Of a stretch of 39,930 nucleotides of DNA, positions 36,847 to 39,930 are shown one piece after another. Every line of letters begins with the position of its first letter. Position 1 is the stretch's first letter. The stretch is from Gemmatimonadales bacterium (GTDB lineage Bacteria; Gemmatimonadota; Gemmatimonadetes; Gemmatimonadales; GWC2-71-9). The translations under genes were made by a program, and so were the position numbers. The stretch is taken from NCBI GenBank assembly GCA_025929805.1, contig JAICPP010000001.1, forward strand, positions 1-39,930, in the 5' to 3' direction. The notes under the pieces are model-generated. The model did no database searches. It was not told the origin of the DNA and worked only from the letters and a program-made list of their open reading frames with translations.

Positions 36847-38085
36847 TTAGGGTTCCATCCCCAACGCCGTCATCACGTCTCCGACCGTGTGAAACGATCC
36901 TGTCACCAGCATCGTACCCGCCCCTGCTTGAACCCGGGCCATCGCCTCATGAAAGTCGGGTATCAAGGTCCACTCGGCCCGGGGCGGAGGGCGGGAAGGA
37001 TCACGCAGCCACCGTCGTAGCCATTTGATGTCCCACCCTCGCGCAGCTGCGGTCGGAGCAATCGTGAGGAAGCCGCGATCAATGACCTGATCCAGCTGGA
37101 CCAGCATCTCCGGCCAATCCTTGTCACCCAGAATCGAGACCAGGGCGTGCACTGGCCGGGCCGGCCGTATCGCCATCAGCGCCGCCACCAACGAACGCAT
37201 TCCGTCGGGATTGTGAGCCACGTCGAACAGCCAGCGACCTCTCCGGTCGAGCCGGCCGGGAACCCGTACCAGGCCGAAGGCCTGCTCCATCTGTTCCTGA
37301 GTTGGCCGGTAGGGGCTCGGCAATGCCGCAAGAATCCCCTGGGCCACAGCCGCGTTACGTCGTTGATGCGGACCGGCCAGACTGAGAGGACCACACCACT
37401 CGTAGTCGGGCGGAAGGACTCGAATGTCGGCTGTTCCCCGCGGGTCCGCACGGCGCACCGCCCGCTTGGCCTCCCGGCGCAGCACTTCAACCAATGCCGG
37501 GTTCCTCTCTCCCACTACGAACGGGACCCCCGGCTTGGCGATGCCGGCCTTTTCGCAGGCGATCAGCTCGAGACTATCGCCCAGGTACTTCATGTGGTCT
37601 CGCTCGATCTTGGTGATTCCACTGACCAGAGGGTGAACCACGTTGGTACTATCGAGCCGGCCCCCCAGTCCCACCTCGACGACCGCGATCTCGGCGCCCC
37701 GGGCGGCGAAATCGGCAAAGGCCAGGGCGGTGCTGGTCTCGAAGAACGTCGCTTTGCGCTCGAGTATCTTCGAGAGCAGGCGACTGGTCCACATCGCGAC
37801 AGCCTCCTCCGAGATGGGCACCCCACCCACCACGATTCGCTCCTGAAAGGAGACGAGATGCGGTGAGGTATAGAGCCCGACCTTCCAGCCCGCCTCACGC
37901 AGCGCCGCCGCCACTAAAGTGCAGACGCTTCCCTTGCCGTTGGTGCCGCCGACGTGGATGGACGGCATGACCTGGTGAGGATTTCCCAGCGACTTCAAGA
38001 GGACGCGGGTGGTCGCCAGCCCGAACTTGATGGTCGTGGTGCGGGGAAAGAGGAAATCGAGCGCCTCGTCGTAGGTCAGCGACAT
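36847..38085 (-). CDS. folC: Folylpolyglutamate synthase / dihydrofolate synthase
   Basis: 412 aa with the Mur-ligase P-loop IHVGGTNGKGSV. Confidence 0.88.
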   Translation of the reverse strand: MSLTYDEALDFLFPRTTTIKFGLATTRVLLKSLGNPHQVMPSIHVGGTNGKGSVCTLVAAALREAGWKVGLYTSPHLVSFQERIVVGGVPISEEAVAMWTSRLLSKILERKATFFETSTALAFADFAARGAEIAVVEVGLGGRLDSTNVVHPLVSGITKIERDHMKYLGDSLELIACEKAGIAKPGVPFVVGERNPALVEVLRREAKRAVRRADPRGTADIRVLPPDYEWCGPLSLAGPHQRRNAAVAQGILAALPSPYRPTQEQMEQAFGLVRVPGRLDRRGRWLFDVAHNPDGMRSLVAALMAIRPARPVHALVSILGDKDWPEMLVQLDQVIDRGFLTIAPTAAARGWDIKWLRRWLRDPSRPPPRAEWTLIPDFHEAMARVQAGAGTMLVTGSFHTVGDVMTALGMEP

Positions 38086-38113
38086 CGCGTCCCGAGGGAA
38101 GTAGAGAACGACT

Positions 38114-38146
38114 GCGCCCCACCCATCTCACTGGTGGGTGGGGCGC
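38114..38146 (-). terminator. GC-rich hairpin between accD and folC (possible partial terminator/attenuator)
   Basis: GCGCCCCACCCA (38114-38125) and TGGGTGGGGCGC (38135-38146) form a perfect 12-bp stem with a 9-nt loop. On the minus strand it is followed by AGUCGUUCUCUACUU, only moderately U-rich. Confidence 0.4.
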
Positions 38147-38168
38147 GAGAGCAAACGATCGCTCGGCC

Positions 38169-39044
38169 TCAGCTCAGTTCGGCAACCTCGACATGGGGAC
38201 GCTGACCCTGCATATGTCGCAGCAGCCGAGCAGTGGTATCCCGGAGCGAAGCCCGGGGGACCACGTCATCGATTTGGCCATGCTCGAGCAGAAACTCCGC
38301 CGTCTGGAAACCGTCGGGGAGATCCTGTCCGATGGTTTGTTTGATAACCCGCTGGCCGGCAAAACCCACGACAGCACCGGGCTCGGCGAGCACCACATCA
38401 CCCTGCATGGCGAACGAGGCCGAAACCCCACCAGTGGTAGGATCGGTGAGGATGGAGATGTACGGAATGGATTCCCGGTGGAGCTGCGCGATGGCGGCGG
38501 ATGTCTTGGCCATCTGCATCAACGAGAGAACCCCTTCCTGCATCCGGGCGCCGCCCGAAGTCGACACGATGACCAGCGGGGTCCTTTTTTCCAGCGAGCG
38601 GCGGGCCAGCCGCGCGATCTTCTCCCCCACCACCGAGCCCATCGATCCACCCATGAACCGGAAGTTCATCACGGCCAGGTTGAACGGGAGGCCGTCCAGC
38701 TTGGCCGTGCCGGTATATACGGCGTCAGCCTCCCCGCCCTTCTCGCGCGCGACCTCGAGCCGCTGGGGATAGTTCTCGAACTCCAGCGGATCGGCGGAGC
38801 GCAGGCCGGCGTACAGCTCTCGCCAGGATCCCGGGTCCGTGAGCAGCTCGATATAGTCCTCCGCACTGATCCGGCGATGATTGCCGCACTCGGGACAGAC
38901 GTTGAGAGCCTTTTCGAACTTCTCGCGGATATCGATATGCCCGCAGCTGTCGCACTTCTCCCAGGCGTCGGCAGGAATCTCCAGCCGTTCGCGCTGAGAC
39001 GTTCGTGGCTTGCGCTCCTTCTTAAACCATGCCATCACGGCCAT
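38169..39044 (-). CDS. accD: Acetyl-CoA carboxylase carboxyltransferase beta subunit
   Basis: N-terminal zinc ribbon CDSCGH...CPECGNH and a carboxyltransferase domain with GGSMG. The start may be ATG 39035 (MAWFKK). Confidence 0.92.
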   Translation of the reverse strand: MAVMAWFKKERKPRTSQRERLEIPADAWEKCDSCGHIDIREKFEKALNVCPECGNHRRISAEDYIELLTDPGSWRELYAGLRSADPLEFENYPQRLEVAREKGGEADAVYTGTAKLDGLPFNLAVMNFRFMGGSMGSVVGEKIARLARRSLEKRTPLVIVSTSGGARMQEGVLSLMQMAKTSAAIAQLHRESIPYISILTDPTTGGVSASFAMQGDVVLAEPGAVVGFAGQRVIKQTIGQDLPDGFQTAEFLLEHGQIDDVVPRASLRDTTARLLRHMQGQRPHVEVAELS

Positions 39045-39146
39045 AGAGAAGCAGGTGAAGAGGTTGGAGGGGTGGCATCCGACTCAAACCCCTGCAATTT
39101 CACTGGTGCCCTACGCTCGCGCCAGACCTCAGCGGGTAAGTGCCTC

Positions 39147-39930
39147 TCAGCCATCGGTATAGCCCGACAGCCTGGAGTCCCAAGCCACCCTGAGCGCCAA
39201 TCCCAGGCACAAGGAACATATGATAAAGAAGGAGCCGCCGTAGGAGAACAGCGGCAGCGGAATGCCGGTGATGGGCATCAAATTGACCGTCATGCCCACA
39301 TTCTCGAACACGTGGGTAAAGAAGAGGCCTACGATCCCGAAGACCGCCAGACTGCTGAACGAATCGGTGGCCCGCCGAGCAATCCGGATGAGCACCAGGA
39401 AGAGCCCCAGAAACAGGACCAGGGCCACCAGGACACCCACAAAGCCGAGCTCCTCGCCAACCACGGAGAAGACGAAGTCGGTGTGCTGTTCCGGCAGAAA
39501 AGCCAGTCGCTTCTGCGGTCCTTCGGTGTAGCCGGTGCCGAACCAACCACCCGATCCGATCGCAACCCGTGATTGTATGGCGTGGTATCCGGCGGCGCGC
39601 GGGTCAGCCTCCGGGTTGAGAAAGGTGAGCAGGCGGTTCTGCTGGTAGGGCGCCAGACGCTGCCATAGCGGCATGGCGATGGCGCCCATGGCCACGTTGG
39701 CGGTGAGGAATACGACCCAGTCCCACACGTAAGGCCGCCAGGCGATCAGAATCAGAACGAAGATGATGATCCAGACGCTCCAGGCCAGCGTGTTGAACGC
39801 CAACAGGAGACTGATGACCGGACTCGCCAGCAGAAAGAGCATGCGAGGCCGAACTCCGGCCCAGAACAGCATCGCGAAGAAGATTCCCACGAACACGAAG
39901 GCGCTGCCCAAATCCGGCTGTTTTAGTACC
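39147..39930 (-). CDS. SEDS-family peptidoglycan glycosyltransferase (RodA/FtsW), C-terminal part; the N-terminus lies beyond the window
   Basis: LPEQHTDFVFSVVGEELGFVG and TGIPLPLFSYGGS motifs. The frame stays open to the window edge (VLKQPDLGSAF upstream of the listed start). Confidence 0.85.
   Translation of the reverse strand, partial: VLKQPDLGSAFVFVGIFFAMLFWAGVRPRMLFLLASPVISLLLAFNTLAWSVWIIIFVLILIAWRPYVWDWVVFLTANVAMGAIAMPLWQRLAPYQQNRLLTFLNPEADPRAAGYHAIQSRVAIGSGGWFGTGYTEGPQKRLAFLPEQHTDFVFSVVGEELGFVGVLVALVLFLGLFLVLIRIARRATDSFSSLAVFGIVGLFFTHVFENVGMTVNLMPITGIPLPLFSYGGSFFIICSLCLGLALRVAWDSRLSGYTDG

Noticed and set aside
36771-37028. 85-aa plus-strand ORF (MQVNYSWSFLYAASSRF...) spanning the right repeat arm and the folC 3' end
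   Set aside because: Most of it is antisense to the well-supported folC C-terminus. It has no SD and no recognisable motif.
39093-39110. TGGCACC...TTGCA on the minus strand upstream of accD, resembling a sigma54 promoter
   Set aside because: The GG-to-GC spacing is 3 nt too long relative to the TGGCAC-N5-TTGC consensus, and accD is not an expected sigma54 target.

Overview
GC-rich bacterial chromosomal window, densely packed with core metabolism and translation genes. I found no CRISPR array, transposase, integrase, phage genes or recognisable defence island.

Gene content:
- Minus strand, 1-3701: trpB (partial), trpF, trpC and trpD, with lexA inserted on the opposite strand between trpC and trpD.
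- Plus strand, 3836-17632: an essentially gap-free 12-gene train of truA, htrA-like protease, purB, purC, psd, pssA, purS, purQ, a small zinc-ribbon gene, purL, purF and ppdK.
- 17650-23299: a stand-alone WYL-domain gene, purE-purK, a DUF2911-like secreted protein, a class-V PLP cysteine-desulfurase-like gene, and a lower-GC lipoprotein with Ig-like domains plus a leishmanolysin-type HExxH protease domain.
- 23355-23715 (minus): tmRNA (ssrA) with a clean intrinsic terminator.
- 23856-27929 (minus): a four-gene chain of dus, larB-like, corA and a GGDEF cyclase, joined by 4-nt start/stop overlaps.
- 28037-30680 (plus): ptsN and a TPR/GWxTD protein.
- Minus strand to the window end: guaA, lysA, proS, hisS, folC, accD and a partial SEDS (RodA/FtsW) gene.

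The ORF track gives longest ORFs. Several starts were moved downstream to the start codon that overlaps or directly abuts the upstream stop codon, or to conserved N-termini.

The points most worth a second look are modest:
- a family of inverted repeats built from 7-8-nt periodic GGTA-type units at gene boundaries, one of them bracketing a roughly 290-bp lower-GC non-coding island;
- promoter-like hexamers placed 6-8 nt from start codons, suggesting leaderless mRNAs;
- the orphan larB-corA-GGDEF coupling;
- the WYL-only gene;
- the compositionally atypical protease gene beside ssrA.

Nothing here can be called a new system from sequence alone.
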